Notes: generated from the letters alone by a model not told the origin. A DNA stretch of 64,000 nt from Octopus bimaculoides (GCF_001194135.2 NC_068995.1:50246762-50310761), one strand, 5' to 3'; positions 23,990 to 38,660 are shown, counted from the first letter of the stretch. Translations and numbers: made by a program.

Positions 23990-24290
23990 ACTTACTGATT
24001 GATATATGTAAATATATTGACAGTCTGTCTGTCTGTTGTTTTTCTTTCTCTCTCTTTCTCTCTCACACACACATACATATATATATATACATACATCTGA
24101 CACTGCTTTGTACACCCATACATACATATGTATATATATGTATGTGTGCATGCATACACATACACACACACATATATACATCTATATACATATGCATATA
24201 AATATACATATATACACACATATGCATAAACACACACACACACATATATATATATACATATATACATACACACACACATATAGTATGTAT
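23990..24290. repeat. Compound (TA)n/(CA)n microsatellite (similar blocks at 23330-23460, 27580-27890, 45295-45490 and 56250-56365)
   Basis: Direct inspection. Confidence 0.95.
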
Positions 24291-25634
24291 GGCTGTGATA
24301 ATAAATCTAGTAAGTTTTTTTAAATTCTAGCACCACAACATTCTAAACCAATTAATTACTGATTAATTTTTTCTAGTCTTCAAAACTCTTTAGTTACAAT
24401 TAATTAAACACACTAATGTATCATGTCTGTTGTATTCTAGAATCTTCTTTTACAGTTAATTTGTAGGCTTTTAATATCGAGTACTGATTTGCTATATACA
24501 CACATATATAAACCTAAAAATCCATTAGAAGAAACCTTCTAAGCAAGAGTTACAGTGATATTAACATAGTGGATAATGTTTACAAGTCATATTCCACTGA
24601 TTTTTATATCGTATCATGACAGAACAGCAACTTCTACTGTACAAGAAACTTCCAAAAACTTTTACTCACACAGCCAGTCTTACAACTGTAGATTCCTCTT
24701 TGTCCTAGAATTTTCGTTTTTTTTTTTTTTTTTTTACAATGAACTAATCTAAAAAAGGAGGAAAAAAAAAAAAGACGAAACAATAAAGAAATAAAACGAG
24801 TTAATCTGTAGAACATTCCCTTGAGAAAAATAACAACTCCATATTTAGCATTGTAAAATGAAAAAAGTTCTAAGTCCTTTTTGAATGACATTTGGNNNNN
24901 NNNNNNNNNNNNNNNNNNNNNNNNNNNNNNNNNNNNNNNNNNNNNNNNNNNNNNNNNNNNNNNNNNNNNNNNNNNNNNNNNNNNNNNNNNNNNNNNNNNN
25001 NNNNNNNNNNNNNNNNNNNNNNNNNNNNNNNNNNNNNNNNNNNNNNNNNNNNNNNNNNNNNNNNNNNNNNNNNNNNNNNNNNNNNNNNNNNNNNNNNNNN
25101 NNNNNNNNNNNNNNNNNNNNNNNNNNNNNNNNNNNNNNNNNNNNNNNNNNNNNNNNNNNNNNNNNNNNNNNNNNNNNNNNNNNNNNNNNNNNNNNNNNNN
25201 NNNNNNNNNNNNNNNNNNNNNNNNNNNNNNNNNNNNNNNNNNNNNNNNNNNNNNNNNNNNNNNNNNNNNGGAATCTTGAGGGAGAAAGAAGGGAAAGGAA
25301 GGGGGGAGGGGGGGCAAGTAAACAGTTACAAAAAATGTCTTTCCTAAGTCGGACTGTCTCATTTCAAGTAGCATTTCAGGGTTGTACTAAGGAATGAGCT
25401 ATAAAAATATTCCCATATTTGTTTTAATTTTCGGAAAAAAAAAAGAGAAAAAAAAAAAAGGAAAAAAGAAAATTAGAAAAAAAAAAAAAAGAAAAGAAAA
25501 ATGAAAAGTTAAAAGAAAAAAATAAGAATCCATGATACAATCCCTGATCGTCATACAAAAGAATGTTTCCAACTAAAAATGGAAGCAAAACAGAGAGAAT
25601 AGAACAAACAAGAACTTAATTCTCCCCAGCAATT

Positions 25635-26157
25635 ACAGATACATCATCAAGAGCCCAAAAATATAGCTGTCTTTCTTTCTCTCTCTCTCTCTCTTTGTAT
25701 CTCTTTCACTCTCGCTATCTTACAATCTTTTTCTATCTCACTACAGCTACATTCACATCAGTAACACTCAATGACCTAGCACTCACCAGATATATCAGTA
25801 ACAGCCAAAGATTTAGTTCTTCCAAACTACATACACATCATCAGCATTGGCCAAAGTTTTAGCTTTCTCCAGCCATCAATATGACACATCAGCAACATTC
25901 AAAAGTTTTCCCCCACTGCTCAGTCAATCCAGTAACAACTGAGAATTTAGCTCATTTCTCTTCTCCTTTTCTCTTTCTTTCTCTCTCTTACCAGCCACCA
26001 ATACATCAACAGCAACCACTCAGAAACGACTCGGTGGCTACAGACACGTCCATCAGTGGCAGCCAGGTTACCCCAGATACATCAGAAATAACCGAAGAGT
26101 TAACTCTCTACAGCTATAGACACAGTTGTAACAGCCAGACTTAGCATTCTCCAGCTA
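25635..26157. repeat. Degenerate ~40-bp minisatellite array, about 10 units
   Basis: Recurring acacatcagtaacagcc..ga(t/c)ttagc.ttctccagct-like units. Confidence 0.6.
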
Positions 26158-26724
26158 AGATAATTTCTTTTTCCTTTTTGTCAAAAAAAAATTAAAAAAT
26201 TTAATTCAGAATTTCCCATGTGGAATATACATGGAATTTAAGCATAAAACAAAAAAAAAAAGACAAAATTAATGGTAAAATTAAAAATAAATAAACAAAA
26301 TGTAAGGTTTGATAAAAACAATATCTTTCTTTTTTAAACATCCCTCTAAACCAACTTCTATCATTCTATTGGAATGGTAGCTTCTCAGCAAAACCTGATC
26401 TGTTTTTAAGATAATTACAATAGAGGAAGACCAATATTTTAAGTCAATACAAGGGTTTTTTTTATAAAATTTATTTGTATTTTGATTAATTGCTCCAACT
26501 TCCTTTGTGTAAGAGAGATTTTTATACTGGAGGTTACTTAGTACAACATCCTTCTGTAGAATAGTGATTCACATAGTTTTAAACTCTCTCCTTGCTATCT
26601 CTCCCCTTCTTTAACTATTTAGGAAACATCTACCATACTCTTAGTTGCTTCAAGGGTACTCTGTGTATATATTAAAGGACAGCAATCTATACCCAATATA
26701 CATACATACATATATATATATATG

Positions 26725-26967
26725 GTTGGTCTATATTACTCCATAAGGAGCGGAGGACTGGTTACTGGTTTCTCTGGCATATACATTCCTCCCAAGAAAA
26801 GACACTGGTCCATTGCAGTATTACTTATTTTTACTAGTTGAATAGACTGGAGCAACATGAAATGAAGTGTTTTGCTCAAGAACACAGCATGTCGCCTGGT
26901 CCAGGAATTGAAACCACAATCTGACGACCATGAGTCCAACACCTTAACCACTGAGAACACATGCCTC

Positions 26968-26970
<3 letters not shown>
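26725..26970 (-). mobile_element. tRNA-derived CORE-like SINE (head + CORE + tail Q)
   Basis: Same head as 1759; gtgttcttgagcaaaacacttcatttcatgttgctccagt central domain. Confidence 0.8.
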
Positions 26971-27008
<38 letters not shown>

Positions 27009-27682
27009 AAGGTATAAAATTAGCTGATTTGAAAAAAAAACAATCTACTTATTGAATTTATTTATGAGAAATTCTTGTTTTAATAATTTCAGTAATTTAA
27101 AATATTAGAATCTGTTTCTAATACATCAACATATTGATACCATAAATATGTTCATAGCTATTTAGTTAATTGTTATTTACAATAAATAATTAATTTTAAA
27201 ATAGCCATTAATAGACATAAGTTTTATCTGTTAAAAAATCTTCTTTTGTAATTATGATGTAAAACTAACAGAATGTTAAACTGAAATAAAATTTATCTAG
27301 GAGCTTTTAAAAAAGGCCTAGAAAGCTGTATCCATAATGAAATAGAACTATTTAAAGTTTGTATTCATAATGATGCCAACTGTTTAGACAAAGTATCTTA
27401 TCTATAAAAGGCATCTACTATAAAACACAGAGTTAGAGAGCAACTGTTTACTAATTTAAGCTAAAGAGAAGGAATACTGTTGGAAACTTAGATATATATA
27501 TATAAAAAAAAAAAACAACCCCAAAGCCAAAAACAATGGAGAGGGTCCCATTTAATATTTATTTATTTATTATAAATGAATATCTAATATATATATGCAT
27601 ACAATCAACACACACACACACAAATGTATATACAAACATGTATACATATATACATACATATATATATATACATACATATATA

Positions 27683-27729
<47 letters not shown>

Positions 27730-27858
27730 GCACACATATGTATACATGTATGCACACACATGTATGCACACACATGTATACATATCCATGCATACAGATA
27801 CATATTTCATATGCATATATATATATATATATATGTGCAAATATATATATGCACGCAT

Positions 27859-27890
<32 letters not shown>

Positions 27891-29043
27891 CCAAACATTT
27901 ATAATGTTATGTATGAAATAAGAAATGAGAGGGGAGAGAAATACACTATTATATCCCTTTAATATAGAAATAAGGCAAAGATAGATGCCGTAGAATTTAC
28001 TTTTCAGGTAATTAAGCCAGAAAACGATGACATTTCCTGTTGAGAAGTCCAAACATACAGACTGGATGTTCCAGGCAAACGTCTGCTGCCAATATTTTCA
28101 GTCAGGCTACAAGAATTTGTCGAGTGACTGTTAATATAGCATCTTCAACTCTCACAGAGCATTGTAATGACAGCACTGCAGAAAAGATATTGGTTAGGGT
28201 GTGAAATTAAAGATTAAAGAAAACAAAAAAAAAAATTTTGGTTAAAAAGAAAGAATTAAGGTGAATAAAAGGAGATTAAGTGTATATGGGTTTCAATATT
28301 CTTGTTTGTTTGGTTTTTTTTTTCCCAAAGAAAAAAAAAAAAAGAAATAATAATTAAAATAAAAATGCGTAACCTAAGTCTTTTCCGTTTATTGCATAAA
28401 AAGTCTCGTAGTAACAGTGGGTTGGCCATGAGCATCTGTATGTGTAAGTATGAGAAAGAGAAGATAGCAGGGGCCTCGGATAACCATTATGTGAAGTATT
28501 CTCGACCATTCAGTGTGCATGCATGTATGGGTGCTGCAGAGTTTGGTGTCGGTCCTGCGATTTCCAGTTCTAAAGAACCCTCAAATTAGACTTTTGCAGG
28601 ATGTTTTAAGAAAAAAAAAAGAAAAAAAAAAAAACCCATTAACATTAGTAGCGAAATCCAACACACAAACGTATCTGCACACACATAAAAACATGTACAG
28701 TTTGGAGGAAGAAATTGCATTTGTGTTAACACACAAGCTCTAAACCTAAGAGTAACAATCTCTCAGCTTGGAACTTTTACAATTGCTTATTGCACAGCCA
28801 TTATATATTTTGAAAGAGTCAGACACCGAACACGGCCATCAAATACACTCTTTGTTCTGTTTATTTTTTTTGTTCATATTTTTGTTTTTTTTCTTTTTTA
28901 CATTCATATATTTTTAATATATATTTTCTTCTTATCCTTTTTTTTCCGTCACATCTCTTTGCACAGCAAATATTGTGTTATCGTTGTCAATGGAATTCGC
29001 AGTTGTCCTCACTGTGCCATGGCTTCGCTATTGTCACTTCACA

Positions 29044-29227
29044 TCATGCCATATTTACAGAAACTGGATACCGTAAATGGAGATGATCCGCATCTTTGAT
29101 CCGTAATATATTTGAGCCGTAGTAATGGATCATATCAGGCACAGTCCGGAATGGCTCACTGAACTCTCCCAAAATATAAAGCTCATTCCTGTTAGCTATC
29201 CTGATATGCATAATGCTTCGGCAGCCT
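29044..29227 (-). CDS. SH2 adaptor last coding exon (SH2 C-half, ends YPVSVNMA*)
   Basis: Acceptor ttttctgtctatcttcag|; TGA at 29044-29046. Confidence 0.96.
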
Positions 29228-32200
29228 CTGAAGATAGACAGAAAATACACAGTAAGCAATCATACAGGAAGATTATGTTTTTTCAAAATTATTTGGAGTA
29301 TTATGTGAAAGTTACACACAACACTGTCTAGTGTGAATCTTTTAAAAGTAGAATTAACAATAACAACAAAATCAGAAAAAAAGAACTAAAAAATTTTTAA
29401 AAAGAAAACACTAATTTGTTTTTGAAGTATATTTGCCTGATCTTTTGTCTAACATTGATCCAAATTTTGGGAAATTTGAAGTCAAGAACATCACCCTTGC
29501 TTTCTTATGCCAGTGCCGATGGACTGGCTCCTGTGCAGGTGGCACGTAAAATACACCATTTGAAAGGATGACAGACACAGTTAACCTAGGTGGCGTTTAA
29601 ACTCAAGATTGTAAAGAGCCAGGAGAAATGCCATTTAGTATTTCGTCTGGTGTGCCAACAATCCTGCCAGCAGGACCACCTTAACAGGTATGGTAACAAT
29701 ATGAAACCAGTACTTTGGAATAGAAATTAATTGTTATACATGGAATGATACTTACTTGATAGATAAACTAAATTCTCCTTTGCTACTTGTGCTTCTCCGT
29801 ACTAAGTAGCTGCCTTCACGGCACACACGAAGAAGTTGTTCTGCCTGCAGTCGAGAGATATTTCCATGGTACCATCTGTCAAAAGAAAAAGGAACCAAAT
29901 CAGTGGATGATAATGAAATTATTGTATATAGTGCTAAGGTACACTACAACTCATCAAGGGTGCACGTACAGTACATAGAATTATGTGCAAAAGTCAGGAA
30001 AGTGAATAGTGTAAGAGTCATGAGTATGGAAGTGTGGTGACTCTAAAATAAAGTAAAACTAATAAAATGTTTTCATTTATGAAATAGAAGTTTATGGGAT
30101 TTTGAAGATTCTTTCTGTGATGTCTTATTTAAATGTATGCATATAAAAGAGAAATAAGGAACTGGTTTTAAATCATGTTTTGGAATGAAGACCATTTCTA
30201 AACTTTAGGAAGTGATCAGAGGTAGAAGATGAAACAAGTAAAAACGGTCAAATAACAAAATCATTAAGAAAATTCACTGAGAAATATTGACAGAAACTCA
30301 AATGCAAACAGAAAAAGTATTATTCCATACCATTCAGAGAATAACAATTGTAATTTTTCTCGGTTAATTATTAAAAAAAGTCTCTCTAAATGTATTCAAC
30401 GAATGTGTCTATGCTTGTGTGCGTGCGTTGGTGTGGATAAATAGCTTAATGTTAAAAGTCTACGATGGGAATAAATTTATACCCTCCTCACTTCCACCTA
30501 TGGAAACACATTTTTCATTGAATTTCGACAACCAGAACCCCCCCCCCCTTGGGTCCTTTATTAAAATCAAGCTCTTGCATTACCACAGAATCCATTTGTA
30601 ACGGAGGACGGAGTTGAAACCAAAATATGACCGACATTTATTTCATCCACCTCAATACTAGGAACATAAAGGGAAGTAACTAAACTAATTCAATGGGTTT
30701 CTGCTGTGAAATGCATCATACATGATCAATTACATCATTTCAGAGATATTAAAATACGTGGCTGACATTTGAGGCGAGAACTTAATAGACTCCAAATGAA
30801 AAATCATTTATCTTTTATCTGTTTCAGTCATTTGACAGTGGCCATGCTGGGGCACTGCCTTGAAGAATTTTAGTCAAATGAACCAACTCCCGTACTTAAT
30901 ATTTTTGTAATGCACAGTACTTATCCCTTGAAGACAGTTTAGCCGAAGGAATCAACCCCAGTACTTTTTTTTGAAGCTTGGTGCTTATTCTAGCAATCTC
31001 TTTCACTGACCTGCTAAGTTACAGGGACGTAAACACACCAACACCGGTTGTCAAGCCGGCCACATGTGGCCCAAATACTCTCCCTGTTTTATGTTCAGAC
31101 AAGCCAGATATGACCTCTCACACCTTATCCTACAATGCTAGCTTAAGAATAAACAATCACATGATTGAAACTTCAGAGCTAAGAGATAATGCACGATGAA
31201 TTCACAACAATATGAATAAATAAAAATTACATTTTAATAGAGTAATTTGAATGCTAAAGTGTTAATAGCCATTAAAACAATAGATACAACAACAGCAATA
31301 AAAAAAAAAAAAAACGACCATCCCTCATCAGTGGGAAAATGAGTGTAAAACAATTAGGATGGCCTAAAAACTCTCAATCATTTTTAAAACTCTACATGTG
31401 CATTGTAATCACATCTAAGCACTGAATGCATTGCATGTGTGCATATGCATGCACACATGTACACAAACACACACTCATTCACACGTACATGCAATGAGCT
31501 TCTGCATGGTTATTAGCAAGGTTTCCCTCTAGCAAGTTTTACTCACAAATTTTGTTTCATAGATTTCTTCAAATCAACCAATTAGACATGCAACTAAGAG
31601 GCTTACTTTGCAGCTACATGATTCTGGGTTCAAATCCAGCAAGTGGTGCCTTGGGCAAGTATCTACTGCAAACGTGTGAAGCACATGGCTTAGTGGTTAG
31701 GGTATTCAGCTTACAATTGTATGGCTGTGAGTTCAATTCCTGGTGATGCATTGTGTCCTTGAGCAAGACACTTTATTTCACATTGCTCCAGTCCACTCAG
31801 CTGGCAAAAAGGAGTTGCATCTGTATTTCAAAAGCCAGCCTTGTTACGCTCTGTGTCACGCTGATTGTCCCTGAGAACTATGTTAAAGGTACATGTATCT
31901 GTGGAGTACTCAGCCACTTGCACAATAATTTCATGAACCGACTGTTCTGTTGATCGGATCAATTGGAACCATCATTGTTGTCACCGACAGAGTGCCAGTA
32001 CCGCAAATGTCTTGAGAGACAAATGCTTTGCAAGTGGAGTTTGGTGGACTGTGACAGTGTGCAAGCCTGTCGAGTTCATCCCCCCCCCACACACACACCT
32101 CAGAAATAAATATTGATGAAAGGAATAAGCACTGGTGAAAGATAGCAACAATTCTAATGCAAACAAATTGTGATATAAAAAGAAATAAAGTAAGAAACAG

Positions 32201-35200
32201 ATCAATTTCTCAAGTCAAACAATAAAACTAGGGAAGAAATAATAAAATAAAATGAAAATACTTTTGCTTCGTCAATGGAGCCGTGGGGTCAAAGGTCTCC
32301 GATTTGTCACTGATCTGTCTAGGTAATTGGGGACGTGGTTGCTTTACCCAGTGTCCTCTGTGTTTATGGGATGGACTTGGGGGGGCTTCAGATGGCGGGG
32401 ATGACATTGGCCGGTATTCAGGAGCACGTCCTAAAAAAACAAAAGCAGAGCAATGATGAAGTCTTTGAAACAATTAATACAACACAAATCAAATCTTTGT
32501 TTCTGTAATGACATGTCTTGTTATGTTCTAGTAACAACTACATAATCAAACTGGGATAAACTTTAGATAAACTTTATATAGATCTCTTCCAGATGAGAGA
32601 TTTTGTGTTTTAACATTTTGCTTCGGCATTGCGAGGCCAACAACCCGATACAGACAAACCCAAGTCCTTAGCTTAGAATGTAGTACTGTATTTTCCAAAA
32701 TACAAGCTGATGTAGTATATAGTGTAAGCATATAATGTAAACATTCAAACATTATTATTTTCCCAAATCTGGCTGCATTTCACATGAAACTTTTGGTCCT
32801 CAAAAGTTGTCTCAGTGTATAAGTCAAACTACTTTTGAACCCAGAACACATGGTGTCAGGACAAGTGCTGCAAGGCATTCTATCCAATTCACTAATACTC
32901 TGCCAGTTCATCACCCTAACTGAATAGATTATAAGAGCAGTTAGGATGGTGTTAATAAGCAGTGGTGGAATCAGCCACAAGCTCCATTAGAAATTTAATG
33001 TTGAAGAGAGTTTGTGTCAAGTTTCTGCAAGTAGCTCACTTCTGTTTGTCCTGGTCCTGGTGCAATCACATTAAAAGAAGAGATTTATGCTAAGATCACT
33101 TTTCGTATTTAATAATAAGTAAAGTGTGTGGCCAAGTTTAGAACAACAGGAAATGTGTCATCTGGCCTTCATTTATTATTTTTATCAAGAAGATATACAT
33201 ACATATATTTATATATATAACACATAAAACTGTGGGTCAAATGAGAGTGTAAAGGAACATTTGTAACAAGACTATTCAAAAGTATTGTTCATAACAAAAT
33301 ACCCATCTTTCTGAATCAAAGTAACTATAATTACTGCAATCTACGTACAGATCTACTCAGACGGAAATATAAATATGCTGAAACTCAAGTACATTTTTTT
33401 TTTAGTCAACATAAAAAACATAAATTGTTAAACATAATTTTTGTGCATCAAGGTAAGACATTTGGCCAATTACAATTGAATTTCAAACATTTTTTTAAAA
33501 TTGGATTTTTACTGAAGAAAGGTAATTTGGTTAAAAATCAGGCAACAATTTATAATCATGTTTTGACAAATGTTATGATAAAAATTTATACATCCGAAGA
33601 AAGAAAGACATAGAAGCCGTTATGGCTAACAAAGGAAACCATGTTGATCACTTGTTACAATTATGTCAAATACTCCTGTATTTCATACAAATGAAACAGT
33701 TCTGTTCCATATGATATACTTTGTTTTAATTGTTGTATTTTAGTAGAGTCACAATTAGCATTTATTAAACATATGCATTAATATTATTATTCTTTTAAAG
33801 GCTATTTCATTTTTTCGACAAGAAAATGATGTAAATATTTTTTTAAAATAGTTTCATCTTGAAAATGCTGTCAACTGACTGACAATATAATAAATCTTCT
33901 TGAAATACATGAGACATCTAGAAGCACTGTCTGGTAATACTAGAGAAAGAGAGAATAAAACCTTAACAATGCAGGAAATACAACATACAGTTTTACCATT
34001 TCAACCCTTTCATTGCCAAATTTCTGCTGAAATACATAAATTTTTTGTTTTAATTAAACTCTGAAGATAATGAAGAATTTAATGAAATAACATTGTCATA
34101 ATTATTGCTGGTGTTTGGAACATGAATTAACAAGAAGTTTTGATGGAAGACTTTAATTTAGATCACTTTAAAACTGAAAGTTTGTATCATTAATCCAGGG
34201 GCAGTTTCTGGCAACTTAGTATCATCAAATGGGTCCATACGTCTTCAAGTTTCAACTCTTGAAAAGTACCTTCACAAGATTTTTTTTTCAAATCCTGCCT
34301 GAGAAATTTCCAATCTAACAGTAGTGGTGGTGGCATTCTCTGGTGTCCATTCTAACCGATCCATCAGTTGACCAAACGTTCAAAGTTTTAATTTTTTTTC
34401 CGCACAGATCTTACTAGTTCAACAGATGAATGAAACAAAATACTAATTACCTTGAAACATTGGTTTCCTTATCTTATTAACAACACAAATCATCTCAGAC
34501 TTTTAATATGCAACACATTACTATTAGAATATTGTATAATTCGAAAGTCTTTTAAGACTCTGTATATGTATATATATATATGTATATATATATATATGTA
34601 TATTCCAGGGTGAAAAACTAGAGGTAGTCGATAGCTTCCGCTATCTGGGCGACCAAGTTAGTAGTGGGGGTGGGTGCGCTGAAAGTGTAGCTGCTAGAAT
34701 AAGAATAGCCTGGGCAAAGTTTAGAGAGCTCTTACCCCTGCTGGCGACAAAGGGACTCTCACTCAGAGTAAAAGGCAGACTGTATGACGCATGCGTACGA
34801 ACAACCATGCTACATGGCAGTGAAACATGGGCTGTAACTGCTGAGGACATACGTAAGCTCGCAAGGAATGAAGCCAGTATGCTCCGTTGGATGTGTAATG
34901 TCAATGTGAATACCCGTCAGAGTGTAAGTATCNNNNNNNNNNNNNNNNNNNNNNNNNNNNNNNNNNNNNNNNNNNNNNNNNNNNNNNNNNNNNNNNNNNN
35001 NNNNNNNNNNNNNNNNNNNNNNNNNNNNNNNNNNNNNNNNNNNNNNNNNNNNNNNNNNNNNNNNNNNNNNNNNNNNNNNNNNNNNNNNNNNNNNNNNNNN
35101 NNNNNNNNNNNNNNNNNNNNNNNNNNNNNNNNNNNNNNNNNNNNNNNNNNNNNNNNNNNNNNNNNNNNNNNNNNNNNNNNNNNNNNNNNNNNNNNNNNNN

Positions 35201-36797
35201 NNNNNNNNNNNNNNNNNNNNNNNNNNNNNNNNNNNNNNNNNNNNNNNNNNNNNNNNNNNNNNNNNNNNNNNNNNNNNNNNNNNNNNNNNNNNNNNNNNNN
35301 NNNNNNNNNNNNNNNNNNNNNNNNNNNNNNNNNNNNNNNNNNNNNNNNNCATAAAAGACACCATTTCGAGCGTGGCCGTTTTCGTGCGGGTGACACGTAA
35401 AAGCACCCACTACACTCTCTGAGTGGTTGGCGTTAGGAAGGGCATCCAGCTGTAGAAACTCTGCCAAATCAGACTGGAGCCTGGTGTTGCCATCCGGTTT
35501 CACCAGTCCTCAGTCAAATCGTCCAACCCATGCTAGCATGGAAAGCGGACGTTAAACGATGATGATGATGATGATGATGATATATATATATATGTATAAT
35601 GTAGGTGTGACTGTGTTGTATGAAGTTTGCTTCACAGTCACATGGTTCTGGGTTCAGTCTCACTAAATGGTATCTTGGGCAAGTATCTTTTACTATAATA
35701 CAGAATATTTTCTGTATTATAGAAGTATAACCAATTTATAGCTCATAAACCTTAACAACAAAATCTTATGTGGGTCCTGGTTGAGAAGCACTGGCCTACA
35801 TAATCTAACAGTAGCAGAGATCACTTCTGATCTGACAAACTCCCCTCTTCACATCTCTATTATCTTTGAAAAAAGAGGTGTGTAACAATCATTACTTATT
35901 TTTAGACTTTCCTATTGTAATTTTTCCTAAGGAATAGAGAAAGAAAAACAACGCACAATAGTCAACAGAATGTGTTATTAGTATCAGGAAGTGCAAGAGT
36001 GTGGGAATGAACACAAACAGTTGAATGCATAAATGTTGGTAGTGGGTGTCTAAAGTTTAGAGAAACAAAAGCTGTTGTTGTAGTGATAGAAGACACAAAG
36101 AGAAGACATGTCTCAATGGTCACTCAGAGAGTGTTACACATCAAAAAACTATCTTTCACCTGTTCTTTAACATCCAATGTTCTTTCTCATTGAATATCCA
36201 TAACAATACAATTGTGTTATCTCCTACATTCTTCCACAACTGATTTCCAATCACTGCTTCTGAACTGATTAAAGAGTCATTCTGATCAACATAAAGACTT
36301 CTTAGGGTCAGAGGTTACAGACACATGTGGTGAGTGAGGTAACTCCATCAGGAAGTAGAATATGGAGATATCAATTGTTGAGGGAGTTATACATGTATAT
36401 TTAATTCTTATAGATGTCAGAGTGGGTGCTGACATCTTAAGTTTTACATGATTTTTGATTTACACGGGGACTCACTGAACCAGTCAACCATATAAATAAA
36501 CTAAGGGACAACTAACTCTATTTGTGTGTGCAAGATGATGACATCAATTCTTCATGTCCAAAGATCACGAGGAAGAGTGTCAGGCCCTTCCTGAAGTGGC
36601 TACATAAAGTGACCCTTGAATGTCAGGCTCTGGTGCAGTTGGGGAAAATATGTAGGATTTGGCCTGATGGAGAGGGGAGATGGCATGATGGGGACTCTTT
36701 CTTTCTTTGTTGTCTCTGAATGTTGCAGTTGCTCTGCTGGCATTCTCTAAGTTGATTGCTGTGATCCAGATGCAATCTTGCCACATTTCCCACTGTG

Positions 36798-36830
<33 letters not shown>

Positions 36831-37189
36831 GGCACCCATGCCAGTGGAGCGCTAACAGCACCATCTGAGTGGGATCATTGCCAGAACATCGGTCTCGCTC
36901 CCGTGCCGGTGGCATGTGAACAAAACATTGGACTGACTCCTGTGCAGGTGGCACATAAAAAACACCATTTGAGCGTGGTTGTTGCCTGTACCGCTGGACT
37001 GGCCCTTGTGCCAGTGGCATGTAAAAAGCACCCACTACACTCCCGGAGTGGTTGGCATTAGGAAGGCATCCAGCTGCAGAAACTCTGCGAAATCAGATTG
37101 GAGCCTGGTGTAGCCATCTGGTTCGCAGTCCCCAGTCAAATCGTCCAATACATGTCAGCATGGAAAGCGGATGTTAAACGATGATGATG

Positions 37190-37229
<40 letters not shown>

Positions 37230-38608
37230 TGTGTATGCATGTATACATACACTTGTCTATGCAAGGTACAAGGTGGCATATGTTTATAATTTCAGTAAAA
37301 GATACATTCAAACATGTATATGCATAAATAAATAAATAAAAAAAATCTGAGAACTATGTTTTGACATCTACTTTGTTAAATAAAGCTTCTGTTGTTAAGA
37401 GTTATCGGTTTCCCTAATCTGACATGAATATAATATAAAGTATAGTTTAACAGTTTATCAACATCCTGCCCTGTCCACAGATAGTTCCTGATCCAGTTTC
37501 AATTGATATCAGATCAAATTACAAGTACTGAGTCATGTGAGCAATTTTTTCTGTTTTCAAAACTGGAGTGGTGAAACAGAATAAGTTGCATCAACCAATT
37601 GAGACACTCCACCACCACCACGAATGTGTTTTTATACCTGATTGTCCTATGCTGTCAAGGTTGGAACAGGACTTCACAGAGCAGTAGTACACAACAGGCA
37701 GTTGCCCATCATGATGCTCAACTATTGCTTCATATAGAGTTTTGATAAACCACCACATAGGAGAGTTTGTTAAAGGGGGGACATAACCAAATATCACTGC
37801 TGCACAAGGGGTGTAAATATGAAGGCACACAAACACACAAATACATAATGGGCTTCTATACAGTTTCTATCAACCAAATTTACTCATAAGACAATGATCA
37901 ACCTGAGCTTATAGTATCATACAGTAAAACTGAACCTAAAATGATATAAATTGCAAAGCAAACTGCTCAAATACACAGCCATATGCATGCTTGTAATTTT
38001 TCAGGTAACGAAGCTCATATTTAGAAAAGCTTTATCTTTGATTATCACCAAAAGTGTTTAAAGATTAAAAGATTAAATTAGTTCAAATCCAGATCAATTC
38101 ATTCGGTCTGGATTTAAACAAACCTAATCTTATGAACATACTGCAACACAACAGATAAAAGAAGTTTAGTCAGAGTACAATGTAAATATCAGGGATGGAA
38201 CAACTAATGACAATTGGTTTGAAATGTAGTGTAGATATAATTATTTTATACCTGGGTGCTTGTTTTACATTATGAAATGTGTATTCCACTGGCAGTGAGC
38301 AACCATTATAAATAAGTCAAACAATGTGAAATAGATAGCTAACTGCTCCAATTACAACTGTAATTCTAATCCACTGCTCATATCATGCATGGCATGTTAC
38401 TGTTTCAGTTTTCTTGGCACTTCAATTGCCAGCATTTTAAAGAGCAAGTTTACCTATTGCTGCAATCTAATAGCTTGACAACATGTGGAAGGAAGGAAGG
38501 TAACATTGTGAACAGCATGCCTTGAGCATTTTACGAGTGGTGAAGCCCATTCCACTCCAGGTCTGAACATAGCTGATTTCTTCCAGAGAGAAAGGAGAAG
38601 GAGCCAGT

Positions 38609-38660
<52 letters not shown>

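Noticed and set aside
25750-25850. UGAUGA...CUGA...CUGA spacing on the minus strand like a box C/D snoRNA
   Set aside because: No terminal stem, not clearly intronic, and the motifs are explained by the minisatellite unit
27536-27962. Many overlapping 70-120 aa ORFs rich in Y/I/H/T/C/V (also near 9768, 23909-24323, 45258, 53935-54663, 56160 and 57583)
   Set aside because: Translations of (TA)n, (CA)n and (GAT)n microsatellites; no splice sites or homology
34807-35503. Long ORFs containing X runs (also near 19361, 24634, 48330 and 54968)
   Set aside because: Artefacts of reading through N gaps; only the RTE part before 34933 is real
38454-38620. Unique-looking segment with a TAG|GTAAAC donor as a possible internal first exon of the adaptor
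   Set aside because: No ATG frame is compatible with the phase-1 acceptor at 32430; two frames stop and the third ends in phase 2
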